Positions 48,563 through 58,551 of a stretch of 64,000 nucleotides of DNA are shown in pieces. The DNA is from Rhizobium sp. Q54 (GTDB lineage: Bacteria; Pseudomonadota; Alphaproteobacteria; UBA7879; VGCX01). Each line of letters begins with the position of its first letter. The stretch's first letter is position 1. The stretch is taken from positions 33-64,032 of the forward strand of contig CAMBTM010000005.1 in NCBI GenBank assembly GCA_945870825.1, written 5' to 3'. The notes under the pieces were generated by a model. It had not been told where the DNA came from. It was given only the letters and a program-made list of their open reading frames with translations, and did not search any database. A program made the translations under genes and the position numbers.

Positions 48563-49960
48563 ATGCGTATTGCCCCTTTAAATATTGGAACTATTCATTT
48601 AATCGGTATCGGTGGTATTGGCATGAGTGGCATTGCTGAAATCCTCCACAGCATGGGACACCACGTTCAAGGCAGCGATCAGTCTGAAGGATCTAATATT
48701 GAACGGTTAAGGGCAAAGGGTATTAAAGTCTTTGTTGGCCATATAGCAAGCAATATTAAGGGTGCAACTGTGGTTGTCCCCTCTTCTGCTGTTCAAGCAG
48801 ACAACCCAGAAATTTTAGCAGCCCGCAAAGAAGGGATTCCTGTCATTCCTCGAAGCGAAATGCTGGCAGAACTTATGCGCTTTAAACCCGCTGTTGCAAT
48901 TTCTGGAACCCACGGAAAAACAACCACAACATCCTTGGTGGCCAGTCTTTTGACCGCAGGGGATTTGGACCCCACTATCATCAATGGCGGTATCATTAAT
49001 TCACTCAACACCAATGCCCAAATTGGACAGGGAAATTGGATGGTAGTTGAGGCCGATGAATCGGACGGTACCTTTGTCAAGGTCCCTGCGACCATTGCAG
49101 TTGTCACCAATATTGACCCAGAACATTTGGAATATTATGGGTCCTTTGATGTTTTGAAGAAAACCTTCTTGCAGTTCGTTAAACAAATTCCTTTTTATGG
49201 TTTTTCCGTGCTCTGCTATGACCATCCTGAAGTCAAAAAGTTGATTCCCTATATTACAGACCGCCGTTTCATTACCTATGGGTTCAACCCTGAGGCCATG
49301 TGTTATGCAACCCATGTCGACTACGGCCAAAACGAAATGACGTTTGATGTCCATTTTAATGATGGGACAGAACAGCACCTTTTCAAGGGTGTCACCTTGC
49401 CACTCCACGGGGATCATAATATTTTAAATGCTTTGGCTGCCATCACCGTTGCCATCAAGTTGAAGATTCCTGAAGAAAAAATTAAGAAAGGCCTTGCGTC
49501 TTTTGCAGGCGTTAAACGGCGATTTTCAAAGACTGGAACCTATAACGGAGCCATCATCATTGATGACTATGCCCATCATCCGACCGAAATAATGGCCGTT
49601 TTAAAAGCCGCCCGGCGTGCTGCAAAAAACAAGGTCATCGCTGTTCTTCAACCTCACCGTTTTGGACGTCTTAAAAATCTCTTTGAGGAATTTGCCGGAT
49701 GCATGACGGATGCAGATCATATCTTTATCCTGCCCGTTTACGGCGCAGGGGAAGCCCATATTTTGGGGGTAGACCATATTGCTTTGGCAAAGGCTGTCTC
49801 GGCCAAAACATCAATCCCTGTTGAAACAGTTGATGATGAACATGAACTTGCTAAGAAGTTAAAACCCTTTTGTGAAGAAGGGTCCATGATCATGTGTATG
49901 GGTGCTGGATCCATTACCAAGATAGCCTATGGCTTAGAAAAACTCCTGAAAGATATTTAA
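48563..49960 (+). CDS. murC: UDP-MurNAc--L-Ala ligase
   Basis: GIGGIGMSG, GTHGKTTT, EADESD, DDYAHHP, QPHR. Confidence 0.98.
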   Translation: MRIAPLNIGTIHLIGIGGIGMSGIAEILHSMGHHVQGSDQSEGSNIERLRAKGIKVFVGHIASNIKGATVVVPSSAVQADNPEILAARKEGIPVIPRSEMLAELMRFKPAVAISGTHGKTTTTSLVASLLTAGDLDPTIINGGIINSLNTNAQIGQGNWMVVEADESDGTFVKVPATIAVVTNIDPEHLEYYGSFDVLKKTFLQFVKQIPFYGFSVLCYDHPEVKKLIPYITDRRFITYGFNPEAMCYATHVDYGQNEMTFDVHFNDGTEQHLFKGVTLPLHGDHNILNALAAITVAIKLKIPEEKIKKGLASFAGVKRRFSKTGTYNGAIIIDDYAHHPTEIMAVLKAARRAAKNKVIAVLQPHRFGRLKNLFEEFAGCMTDADHIFILPVYGAGEAHILGVDHIALAKAVSAKTSIPVETVDDEHELAKKLKPFCEEGSMIMCMGAGSITKIAYGLEKLLKDI

Positions 49961-49966
49961 GTTAAG

Positions 49967-50875
49967 ATGACATCCTTACTGGAACAACTCCCCCCTGTCA
50001 GAGGGCGTTATACCCCTAACGCTGACCTTAAGAAGTATGTTTGGTTCCAAGTTGGGGGGCCAGCAGAAGTTCTCTTTAAGCCCAAAGATGTCGATGACCT
50101 TTGTGATTTTTTCAAGCAAAAACCATCCCATGTGCCTGTCACCATCCTTGGTGTTGGATCCAACGTTTTGATCCGTGATGGCGGCATTCCAGGGGTCACT
50201 ATCAAATTAGGATCTGGATTTTCTGATATTAAAATCACTGACCATACCCTTGAAGCAGGGGCTGGTGCCTTGGATCGTACTGTTGCCCTCACAGCTGCCG
50301 AAAATGGTCTTGGGGGATTTTCTTTTTTGGCAGGCATCCCCGGAACCATGGGGGGTGCCGTTAAAATGAATGCTGGAGCTTATGGTCATGAGATCAAAGA
50401 TATATTCCAAAGCTGTCAAATCGTAACAACAAACGGGACAGTGCAAGAAATGAACGATGTGGCATTAACATACCGAAATAGTTCCCTTCCAGAAGGATCT
50501 ATTGTGGTTAAGGCCACCTTCAAAGGAACCCCTCAAGAACCAGATTTGCTCTACAGGGAAATTGAAAAGATCATGGCAGAGCGTGAACTATCACAGCCCG
50601 TCAAATCCAGAACGGGCGGCAGTACCTTTAAAAACCCCCCATCAAAAAAAGCCTGGGAACTCATTGATCAGGCTGGATGCAGGGGGCATCGGATTGGGGA
50701 CGCCATGGTCTCGGAAAAACATTGTAATTTTCTTATCAATACAGGACAAGCCACAGCGGCCGATTTAGAATTATTAGGCGATTATGTTCAAAAACAAGTT
50801 TTGCACACGAGCGGGATTCCGTTAGAATGGGAAATAAGACGTCTTGGTATTAGAAAAGGGGAAGATCATGCATAA
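49967..50875 (+). CDS. murB: UDP-N-acetylenolpyruvoylglucosamine reductase
   Basis: GG.A, G.GSN.L, IPGT.GGAV.MNAGAYG, GSTFKNP, KH.NF..N. Confidence 0.97.
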   Translation: MTSLLEQLPPVRGRYTPNADLKKYVWFQVGGPAEVLFKPKDVDDLCDFFKQKPSHVPVTILGVGSNVLIRDGGIPGVTIKLGSGFSDIKITDHTLEAGAGALDRTVALTAAENGLGGFSFLAGIPGTMGGAVKMNAGAYGHEIKDIFQSCQIVTTNGTVQEMNDVALTYRNSSLPEGSIVVKATFKGTPQEPDLLYREIEKIMAERELSQPVKSRTGGSTFKNPPSKKAWELIDQAGCRGHRIGDAMVSEKHCNFLINTGQATAADLELLGDYVQKQVLHTSGIPLEWEIRRLGIRKGEDHA

Positions 50876-51815
50876 TCCAAAGGAAACCAGAGTCCTACTG
50901 CTTGAGGGCGGATGGAACGCAGAAAAGGAAGTATCGTTGAGCTCGGGACAAGCGTCCTACGAGTCCCTGGTCGCCCAAGGCTATCAAGTCACCCGGCATA
51001 ACCCAACACGGGATATGAAAGCGCTTTGTACCTTGATTGAAACCCTCAAGCCTCATATTGTATTTAATGCCCTTCATGGTATTTATGTCGAAGATGGACG
51101 TCTTCAAGGCCTTTTGGATATTTTGGAGGTTCCCTATACCCACTCCAATGCCTTGGCCTCTGCCATTGCCATGCATAAACCAACGGCTAAAAATGTGATG
51201 GCCCGCAGTGGCATTCCGGTCCCTGAAGGAAAAACATACGAATGGCACGAGATCAAAGATACCCACCCCATACCTCCCCCTTATGTTATTAAACCTGTTG
51301 ATGAAGGATCCAGCGTCGGTGTCTTCATTATTCAAAAAGGGGATGCACCCCTAGGCAGTGAACTGAAAGAATGGCCTTATAGCAAAAATATCCTGGTCGA
51401 ACGATATATTCCAGGCCAAGAAATTTCTGTGGCTGTGATGGATAACAAAGGCATTGGCATTTTGGAACTCCGCCCCAAGGGGGGATTTTATGACTACAAA
51501 TCCAAATATACCGATGGCATGACAACCCATATTATGCCAGCCGATATCCCACAAGATGCCTATGAGCAAGCACTGCTCTACGCTGAACAAGCCCATAAAG
51601 CCATTGGTTGCGATGGTATTACCCGTTCTGATTTCCGTTACGATACAGAAAAGAATGAGTTTTATTTGATGGAAGTGAATACACAACCTGGATTCACGCC
51701 TCTTTCAATCTTCCCTGAAATTTGTGCCTATGTTGGCATTAGCTTTAATGAAATTGTTCATTGGCTTATAGAAGACGGACTATGTCGCGGTTACAAAGGA
51801 AAAAGAGCCTCTTAA
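50868..51815 (+). CDS. ddl: D-alanine--D-alanine ligase
   Basis: GG...E.EVSL.SG, ALHG, EDG, KP..EGSSVG, YDY.SKY, EVNTQPG. Confidence 0.97.
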   Translation: MHNPKETRVLLLEGGWNAEKEVSLSSGQASYESLVAQGYQVTRHNPTRDMKALCTLIETLKPHIVFNALHGIYVEDGRLQGLLDILEVPYTHSNALASAIAMHKPTAKNVMARSGIPVPEGKTYEWHEIKDTHPIPPPYVIKPVDEGSSVGVFIIQKGDAPLGSELKEWPYSKNILVERYIPGQEISVAVMDNKGIGILELRPKGGFYDYKSKYTDGMTTHIMPADIPQDAYEQALLYAEQAHKAIGCDGITRSDFRYDTEKNEFYLMEVNTQPGFTPLSIFPEICAYVGISFNEIVHWLIEDGLCRGYKGKRAS

Positions 51816-52543
51816 CCAGGGGGCATCGTTATAAAAGATTAGGCCAACGGTTGTTTTTGACCCTTGGCCTAATCCTTCTTGTGCTGATTATCGGCGGGAC
51901 GTATTGGTATCGTTCTACACTCCTACAAAAGTTCACCCATCTGATGGAGAACAACGGCCTGACCGTTGAAAAGATCTTTATCAGCGGACGCAACAAAGTC
52001 ACCCATGACGAAATTCTAACCGCCTTAGGTATAAGGCTCCATACACCGATGGTTTTCTTCAGTCTACAAGATGCCCATGATCGCCTCAAAACACTTCCCT
52101 GGGTCCACAGTTTAACGGTGGAACGCCAGTGGCCAGATACACTTTTCATTCACCTTGAAGAACGCAAACCCCTTGCCCTGTGGCAACACGAAAAACAAAT
52201 TTATTTGGTTGATAAAGAAGGGGCCGTCATTAAAGAAAAAGACCTAGAAAATTTCATGCATCTGCCCAGCATCACGGGTCCCCATGCAGCCCAGCACTTG
52301 CCAGAATTGCTCCACGCCCTTTCTGATTTCCCAGAGATTAAAAAAGCGGTCGTTTCTGCCACCTGGGTTGGCAATAGGCGATGGAACATTCATCTTGAAA
52401 ACAAGGTCACCCTTATGTTACCAGAACATAATCTTATCAACGCTCTTGAACGTTTTAGGAAATACGAACAAACCCATAAACTGATTGAAGAGGCCCGCAA
52501 ATCTATTGATTTGCGTATTCCTCAAAGGATAATTCTTGCATAA
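51782..52543 (+). CDS. ftsQ: Cell division protein FtsQ
   Basis: TM segment plus POTRA (LPWV....V.R.WP), ER.P.ALWQ, RRW, IDLR. Confidence 0.93.
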   Translation: MSRLQRKKSLLTRGHRYKRLGQRLFLTLGLILLVLIIGGTYWYRSTLLQKFTHLMENNGLTVEKIFISGRNKVTHDEILTALGIRLHTPMVFFSLQDAHDRLKTLPWVHSLTVERQWPDTLFIHLEERKPLALWQHEKQIYLVDKEGAVIKEKDLENFMHLPSITGPHAAQHLPELLHALSDFPEIKKAVVSATWVGNRRWNIHLENKVTLMLPEHNLINALERFRKYEQTHKLIEEARKSIDLRIPQRIILA

Positions 52544-53790
52544 TGACCCATCCCCGTTTTAGACAGCCTTCTCAAAAAATCGTCACCAGTATTGATATTG
52601 GCAGTTCCAAAGTCTCGTGCATGATCGCACGCGTCAACGGTTCTGATTCAAGGTCTATTATTCTTGGCATTGGGCACCATGGCATTCAAGGCGCAAAACA
52701 GGGATTTACGCCCCATATGGATGCTCTAGAAAACGCCATTTTGAATGCCGTTCACCAAGCAGAAAAAGAAGCGAACCTGACGGTCAAACAAGCTGTTGTG
52801 AATATTTCAGGAACACACCTGTTGTCAGAACAAGTCAAAGTCACAACCGATGTACAAGGGCATGCGGTCAATGACGCTGATGTGAAAAGACTCCTGGTCG
52901 AAGGGACTACCACTGATTCCAAATCATTTTCGGTCGTTCACGCTAACGCTATTAAGTTTTCCCTAGACCATGGCCAACCTGTCAAGAACCCCCGTGGGAT
53001 GTATGGTAATACCTTGACGGGGTACCTTCATGTGGTCACAGGACAGTTGAACACAGCCCGTAATATCGTCAACTGTCTAAGACATTGTCATATTGATATC
53101 AAAGGCATTATGCCCTCTGCCATTGCCTCTGGCTTTGCAACACTTGTTGAAGATGAAATCGATTTGGGTGTGATTTTAATAGATTTTGGCAGTCACTATA
53201 CCAATATCGCCATCTTCGCTGACGGTGATGTCGTCCATACAGAATCTATCCCCATCGGCAGTGCCAGTATTACCAACGATCTGTCCCATGGTCTTTCCAC
53301 TTCATGGGTGGCCGCTGAACGTATTAAAATACTCCACGGAAGCACCATGGAAACAACCGATGATGCCCGTATTATGATTGATGTTCCCCAAATGGATGAT
53401 CATCATCATGAAGGTCTGATCCAAGTCCGCCGCTCCCTTGTAACCGCTATTATTAAGCCCCGTGTGGAAGAGATTTTGGAACTGGTTAAAAAAAGACTTG
53501 AGAAAAGTGAAGTCCCCAAAGCTGCCAGTCGCCGCGTTGTGATTACAGGTGGAGGCAGTCAACTGCCAGGACTTCGAGAACTTGCAAACCAGATCCTCCA
53601 AAAACAATGTCGTTTGGGAAAACCTCTCCCCCTCTTTCATAGCAAGGAAAATTATCATTTACCGTCCTTTGCAACAGCGAGTGGCTTATTGACATTTGCG
53701 CTACGACAGAACTATGCTGAAGATGAGTCTAGACCTTCTCAAAAAGGTTGGATGCATCCTTTGATCCAATGGTTCAAAGACAATTTTTAG
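52543..53790 (+). CDS. ftsA: Cell division protein FtsA
   Basis: DIGSSKV, AE..A, AERIK..HG, VITGGGSQL, WFKDNF amphipathic tail. Confidence 0.96.
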   Translation: MTHPRFRQPSQKIVTSIDIGSSKVSCMIARVNGSDSRSIILGIGHHGIQGAKQGFTPHMDALENAILNAVHQAEKEANLTVKQAVVNISGTHLLSEQVKVTTDVQGHAVNDADVKRLLVEGTTTDSKSFSVVHANAIKFSLDHGQPVKNPRGMYGNTLTGYLHVVTGQLNTARNIVNCLRHCHIDIKGIMPSAIASGFATLVEDEIDLGVILIDFGSHYTNIAIFADGDVVHTESIPIGSASITNDLSHGLSTSWVAAERIKILHGSTMETTDDARIMIDVPQMDDHHHEGLIQVRRSLVTAIIKPRVEEILELVKKRLEKSEVPKAASRRVVITGGGSQLPGLRELANQILQKQCRLGKPLPLFHSKENYHLPSFATASGLLTFALRQNYAEDESRPSQKGWMHPLIQWFKDNF

Positions 53791-53811
53791 ATATTTTAAG
53801 GACAGAAAAGA

Positions 53812-55188
53812 ATGAGCGACATCCACACGAATCAAGACATTGGACCCAAGATTATCGTTATCGGCACAGGAGGTGCTGGTGGTAATGCTGTCAATAATAT
53901 GATTGCATCGAATCTTGAAGGGGTTACCTTTGCTGCGGCCAACACGGATGCTCAGGCTTTAAAAAATTCTAAAGCCCCTTTAAAAATCCAGCTAGGCCTT
54001 GAAATGACCCAAGGCCTTGGCGCTGGATCAAAGGCGCAAGTCGGGAAAGCTGCTGCAGAAGAAACCGTTGGGGAACTGGAACAGATTTTACGTGGCAGTC
54101 ATATGGTTTTCATCGCTGCTGGTATGGGAGGTGGTACTGGAACAGGTGCTGCACCTGTAATTGCCCGAACAGCTCGGGAAATGGGAATCTTGACGGTGGG
54201 TGTTGTGACAAAGCCTTTTCACTTTGAAGGCATGCAGCGGATGCGTGTTGCAGAACAAGGCATTCAAGAACTCCAGCACCACGTAGATACCCTCATCATT
54301 ATCCCCAACCAAAATCTTTTCCGTTTGGCCAATGAACAAACAACTTTTGCTGATGCTTTTAATATGGCTGATGGCGTTTTATATTCAGGTGTCAGAGGCA
54401 TTACAGACCTGATGGTTATGCCAGGACTTATTAACTTGGACTTTGCGGACGTTAAGACCGTTATGAGTGAAATGGGCAAAGCCATGATGGGAACAGGGGA
54501 AGCAAGCGGCGAAAATCGTGCGATTGCAGCAGCTGAAGCCGCTATCTCCAATCCTTTGTTGGATGAAGTATCTATGCGCGGGGCCCGGGGTGTTTTGATC
54601 AACATTACAGGCGGCCTTGATATGACCCTTTATGAGGTTGATGAAGCAGCCAACCGAATCCGTGAAGAAGTGGACGGCGATGCCAATATCATCTTTGGAT
54701 CCACGTTTGATGACCGTATGAGTGGTACGATCCGTGTTTCAGTCGTTGCAACCGGGATCGATGCGAGTACCCATCCACGCACAGTCCAACTTCCTTTACC
54801 AAAATCTACCCCTGAGCCTGAATTGGCGTTTGAATTAAACGTCCAGGAAATCGAAAGAGACCCTGTTGAATCTTTCATGATTGAGTCTTCTGTTGATATC
54901 CAAAGTGAAGAAACGGAAAATCCGTCCCCAGAGGTAAAATACACCATTCAAGAAGAATCCCTTGTCGCAAGACAAGCTGTCCAAAAGCCTGAAGAAAAAC
55001 AATCCCTCTGGCAACGCCTACGCTTTGGAACGTCAAAACCAGTGGAAACACCAAGGGCTCCTTTTGAACAACCCGTCACGGTAAGGGAAACATCCCTTCA
55101 TGAGGAAAATGGGGAAGAAAATCCCCAAAGAGATGAAGATGACCTTGGAATCCCGGCGTTTTTAAGACGAAACAACAAGGGACAATAA
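53812..55188 (+). CDS. ftsZ: Cell division protein FtsZ
   Basis: [27 protein letters not shown]-terminal IPAFLRR. Confidence 0.99.
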   Translation: MSDIHTNQDIGPKIIVIGTGGAGGNAVNNMIASNLEGVTFAAANTDAQALKNSKAPLKIQLGLEMTQGLGAGSKAQVGKAAAEETVGELEQILRGSHMVFIAAGMGGGTGTGAAPVIARTAREMGILTVGVVTKPFHFEGMQRMRVAEQGIQELQHHVDTLIIIPNQNLFRLANEQTTFADAFNMADGVLYSGVRGITDLMVMPGLINLDFADVKTVMSEMGKAMMGTGEASGENRAIAAAEAAISNPLLDEVSMRGARGVLINITGGLDMTLYEVDEAANRIREEVDGDANIIFGSTFDDRMSGTIRVSVVATGIDASTHPRTVQLPLPKSTPEPELAFELNVQEIERDPVESFMIESSVDIQSEETENPSPEVKYTIQEESLVARQAVQKPEEKQSLWQRLRFGTSKPVETPRAPFEQPVTVRETSLHEENGEENPQRDEDDLGIPAFLRRNNKGQ

Positions 55189-55217
55189 TATCAATTTACC
55201 CAATATCACCCTCTCTT

Positions 55218-55241
55218 AAACCACCCCTCAGGGTGGTTTTT
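55218..55241 (+). terminator. Intrinsic terminator after ftsZ
   Basis: AAACCACCC-CTCA-GGGTGGTTTTT. Confidence 0.85.
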
Positions 55242-55330
55242 GTTATGAGAATCCTTCCAAAAAACCTGTCTTATCCTAAATCATGATCTCCTGATAAAAA
55301 ATAGGAAGATTAATGGGAGCTTCTATCATT

Positions 55331-55347
55331 TGTACTGAACTCATACA
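55331..55347 (+). promoter_or_regulatory. 17-bp motif copy 3 (TGTACTGAACTCATACA)
   Basis: Identical to 2044-2060. Confidence 0.5.
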
Positions 55348-55495
55348 CAGCCTAAAATACTTTACACCAATCAAAACCCTGAGTAGACTACGGATATGAC
55401 TGGTATAGATGCAAATAGATCCCTTTTCTTTCTCTAGACAAGTCCCTCAAAAAGTGATTGGATAAAGATAATTAATAATAAAAAAGGGGCACTTC

Positions 55496-56284
55496 TTGTC
55501 ATCAAACATCATCGCAACACAGGTAACTCGAGAAGCTTGGTACTTTACGCTCCGTCATTTTTCGACATTTTTTAAAATAGCCATCGGTCCCGTTGTGTTG
55601 TCGATTCTTTTGAATGGTGTTGCCGCTTTTTCTTCCATCAACCAAAGCCCCCTGCCCCATGCCCTGCTTGATGGCTTTGGGGCCATCATTGAAGCGTTTT
55701 GGGGCATCCGGTGGCTACGATTTATTATGCATACTGATAAAAGTCATACACCGGCCTTTACCTTTGGGAAAATCGAAGTCCTTTATGTGTTCTATTCATT
55801 TCTACTGCTGATCCCTTTTATGGTAGATGACTTTCTCTTCATCCAAGGGTTTCGCTATGACTACACATTTTTTTATGCCCTTGGTCTTGTGGGATGTTTA
55901 ATTATTTTTTTGCGGTTTGAATTCATCTTTCCGGCCCTGGCCCATCAGGATAAAACAGGTTTCGGGATTTCTTGGGCTCAATCTAAAAAGTCATGGGGGA
56001 ATATCCTTAAAAGTGATTCCCAAGGTCTTTTCATCATGATTCCCGTAGGATGCATTGTATTGCTTTGCCTGGGTCTTTTGATCCTTATCCTCTGGCCCCT
56101 TGGGTTTATGAACTTTGAAAACTGGATCCTGGACCGTGACGGATGGCATATTCTTTTAGACCGTAACCCCATCATTGTGTGGCTTTATATCATTGCAAAA
56201 GAAAGCCTTTGGTCATTGATGAAAGCCCTTAGTATGGTCATTGCCGCAACGTATTATATGCTGTTTAGGGAAAAATCCTCATAA
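55496..56284 (+). CDS. Hypothetical multi-pass membrane protein
   Basis: About six hydrophobic segments, PA.A......G...SW..S pattern, TTG start. Confidence 0.75.
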   Translation: MSSNIIATQVTREAWYFTLRHFSTFFKIAIGPVVLSILLNGVAAFSSINQSPLPHALLDGFGAIIEAFWGIRWLRFIMHTDKSHTPAFTFGKIEVLYVFYSFLLLIPFMVDDFLFIQGFRYDYTFFYALGLVGCLIIFLRFEFIFPALAHQDKTGFGISWAQSKKSWGNILKSDSQGLFIMIPVGCIVLLCLGLLILILWPLGFMNFENWILDRDGWHILLDRNPIIVWLYIIAKESLWSLMKALSMVIAATYYMLFREKSS

Positions 56285-56941
56285 CCCCAACACGTCCTTC
56301 ACAAAAGGAATCGTCACAGCGTGTCGGTGAGTGAGTGACGCTTTGTTTAAAACATCTGGGATCGTCCAAGCATTTTCAAAGGTTCTCTCCACGTGATGAA
56401 CGATGAAGTCCAAAACCTTTGGCAAGACTTGCATTTGATAGTCAGAAAAGTTCTTTGCAAGAATGGCTGTAAACAGTACATCATCGGGCTCTTCAATAGT
56501 AAAGATGGGCAATGTTGCAAGCCGAGAGGCCAGGTCTTTCAGCGTCACCGGCCAATCTTTTGGGTGCGACACAGCTGTGATGAGCAGGAACCCTTTGTGG
56601 GATTGAATCTGGTTAAACAGGTGAAAAAGGATGACTTCATGTTGTGCCAAAATTGTTTCAATATTTTCCAAGATAAAACATTGTCCATCATGCACATGAA
56701 GATCTTTTTCCAGCATCAAAAGATCCTCTGCCGCCAGGAACTGGCCTTGGGTCTTTATCTGCCATAGATGAGTTAGATGGGTTTTTCCTGAATGCCGGGG
56801 GCCCAGAATAATGCACCCCCGTGCCGGCCACTGGGGCCAAGATGCAATATACCCATCAGCCAAGGCGTTACTAGGGGTCACAACAAAGTCACTCTCCCCA
56901 TAAGAAGGACGACACCCTAACGATAAAAAAAGCTGTTCCAG
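56279..56941 (-). CDS. hdaA: DnaA regulatory inactivator HdaA, CTG start proposed
   Basis: QLFL clamp-binding motif, DFVVTPSN, GPRHSGKTHL, LFHLFN, DLASRL. CTG at 56941 follows AGGGAG and an in-frame stop at 56950-56948. Confidence 0.88.
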   Translation of the reverse strand: MEQLFLSLGCRPSYGESDFVVTPSNALADGYIASWPQWPARGCIILGPRHSGKTHLTHLWQIKTQGQFLAAEDLLMLEKDLHVHDGQCFILENIETILAQHEVILFHLFNQIQSHKGFLLITAVSHPKDWPVTLKDLASRLATLPIFTIEEPDDVLFTAILAKNFSDYQMQVLPKVLDFIVHHVERTFENAWTIPDVLNKASLTHRHAVTIPFVKDVLGL

Positions 56942-56947
56942 GGGTGT

Positions 56948-58039
56948 CTACTCCCTTAAATACGAGGGATGTTCTTGATAAGCTTTTATGCCAAAGCGTC
57001 CCAAAATACCAATGATGGCAGCAATGGGAATTGCCAGAAAGGCCCCTGCAAAGCCGTGCAAACTACCGCCTACAAAAAGTGCAAAAAGCATCCAAAGAGA
57101 ATGGAGATTCACACGTTTCCCAACAAAATGGGGCGTTAAGAAAAACATATCCCATACCTGCGCCAAAGCAAAAATACCAGGAACACACAGAAACATTTTC
57201 AATGATTCAAATTGATAGAACCCAACCAAAAGGCTAATCGTGAGTCCAACAAACGTCCCAACATAGGGAAGAAAAGACAAAATACCCGTACCAATACCAA
57301 TCACAAGGGCAAAATCTAAACCGATCAAATATAACCCCAGGGAATAAAAGGCGCCCAAAATCAAAGCAATAATGGCTTGTCCTCGGATAAATCCTGAAAT
57401 AGCGCCATCCATCAACAAAACTTGTTCTAAAACAATTCTTTGAAATCGCCTTGGAATAAGCTCTTTGATCACTTCAGCGCCTTTATGGCCATCCCGAATA
57501 AGAAAAAAGATAACCAAGGGGAGAATCACCAAAATGGCAAAAGTGTTGATCACAAAGCTTCCCCCACTGATCACTTTGCGCATGGCAAGATGGCTCCACT
57601 CACTGGCATTAAAAAAATGTTCTGAGAATTGTGCCGGTGTCTCGGAAAGGGTCCCATCAGGCCATAAAGCCTTTAATTGCTGCATGCTGACGACAAAACT
57701 ATGATGGACCGCTTGCACATAAAATGGCATTCGTTGCAGAAGGTAAAGGATCTGTTGTTTAAAGAAAGGAAAAATCTCAACAACGCCTAATAGTAAAAGA
57801 AGAACAAGGGATGTGACAATAATACTGGCAGCAAGGGTCCGGGAATTAAACTTTTTGACTGTCCATTCCATTAAAGGACAAAGCACATAGGCAATAAAAA
57901 GTCCTACAATAAAAGGATAAAGCACAGCCCCCCAAAAAATCATGATGGCAAGGATAGTGACAAAAATACCTGTCATAAAAAGAAAGGCCCCCCACTGGTG
58001 GGAAGAAAAGACTATGTTTTTTTGAGGAACTTGCGCCAT
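56948..58039 (-). CDS. AI-2E (PerM)-family transporter
   Basis: PF.....IAY.L.P, FFLIRD, FIRGQ, LPYVG, P..VG..V.LH. Confidence 0.93.
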   Translation of the reverse strand: MAQVPQKNIVFSSHQWGAFLFMTGIFVTILAIMIFWGAVLYPFIVGLFIAYVLCPLMEWTVKKFNSRTLAASIIVTSLVLLLLLGVVEIFPFFKQQILYLLQRMPFYVQAVHHSFVVSMQQLKALWPDGTLSETPAQFSEHFFNASEWSHLAMRKVISGGSFVINTFAILVILPLVIFFLIRDGHKGAEVIKELIPRRFQRIVLEQVLLMDGAISGFIRGQAIIALILGAFYSLGLYLIGLDFALVIGIGTGILSFLPYVGTFVGLTISLLVGFYQFESLKMFLCVPGIFALAQVWDMFFLTPHFVGKRVNLHSLWMLFALFVGGSLHGFAGAFLAIPIAAIIGILGRFGIKAYQEHPSYLRE

Positions 58040-58551
58040 ATCCTAATATACTCAATTGCTGAAAAAAGCGTCGTCCCCATAATGACATATCCTAAAAGAG
58101 ATAAAAAGGTCTCATTAATGGAAAGACTGAAAGCATGTTTGCCCAGAACAATGGTTACAAAAACCATTTGAAGCAGGGTATGAACCTTACTGATGAAGAT
58201 GGGAGACCCAAGATTATCGCCGATAGACCGCCGCAGTTGAAAGATAGCACAAAAAATCAACAGATCTCGCCCAATCAGACCAACGATAAGAAAAAGGGAC
58301 GCCTCATGTAAATACCCCAACATAAGAAACACTGAAATAAGAAGGATTTTATCAGCAAAAGGATCAAGATAGACACCTAAGCGAGAACTGAAATTAAAGC
58401 GTCTTGCAAGGTAACCATCAACAGCATCAGAAAGACTAGCCACCACAAAAATCCAAAAAGCACCAACCATCATCCCCTTCAACATAAGGTAAATAACGAT
58501 AGGGACAGAAAGAAGACGACCAAAACTAATGGCGTTAGGCAAGTGAATCAT
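58012..58551 (-). CDS. CDP-alcohol phosphatidyltransferase family protein
   Basis: LPNAIS..R, SDAVDGYLARR, G..LDP.ADK. Confidence 0.93.
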   Translation of the reverse strand: MIHLPNAISFGRLLSVPIVIYLMLKGMMVGAFWIFVVASLSDAVDGYLARRFNFSSRLGVYLDPFADKILLISVFLMLGYLHEASLFLIVGLIGRDLLIFCAIFQLRRSIGDNLGSPIFISKVHTLLQMVFVTIVLGKHAFSLSINETFLSLLGYVIMGTTLFSAIEYIRIWRKFLKKT

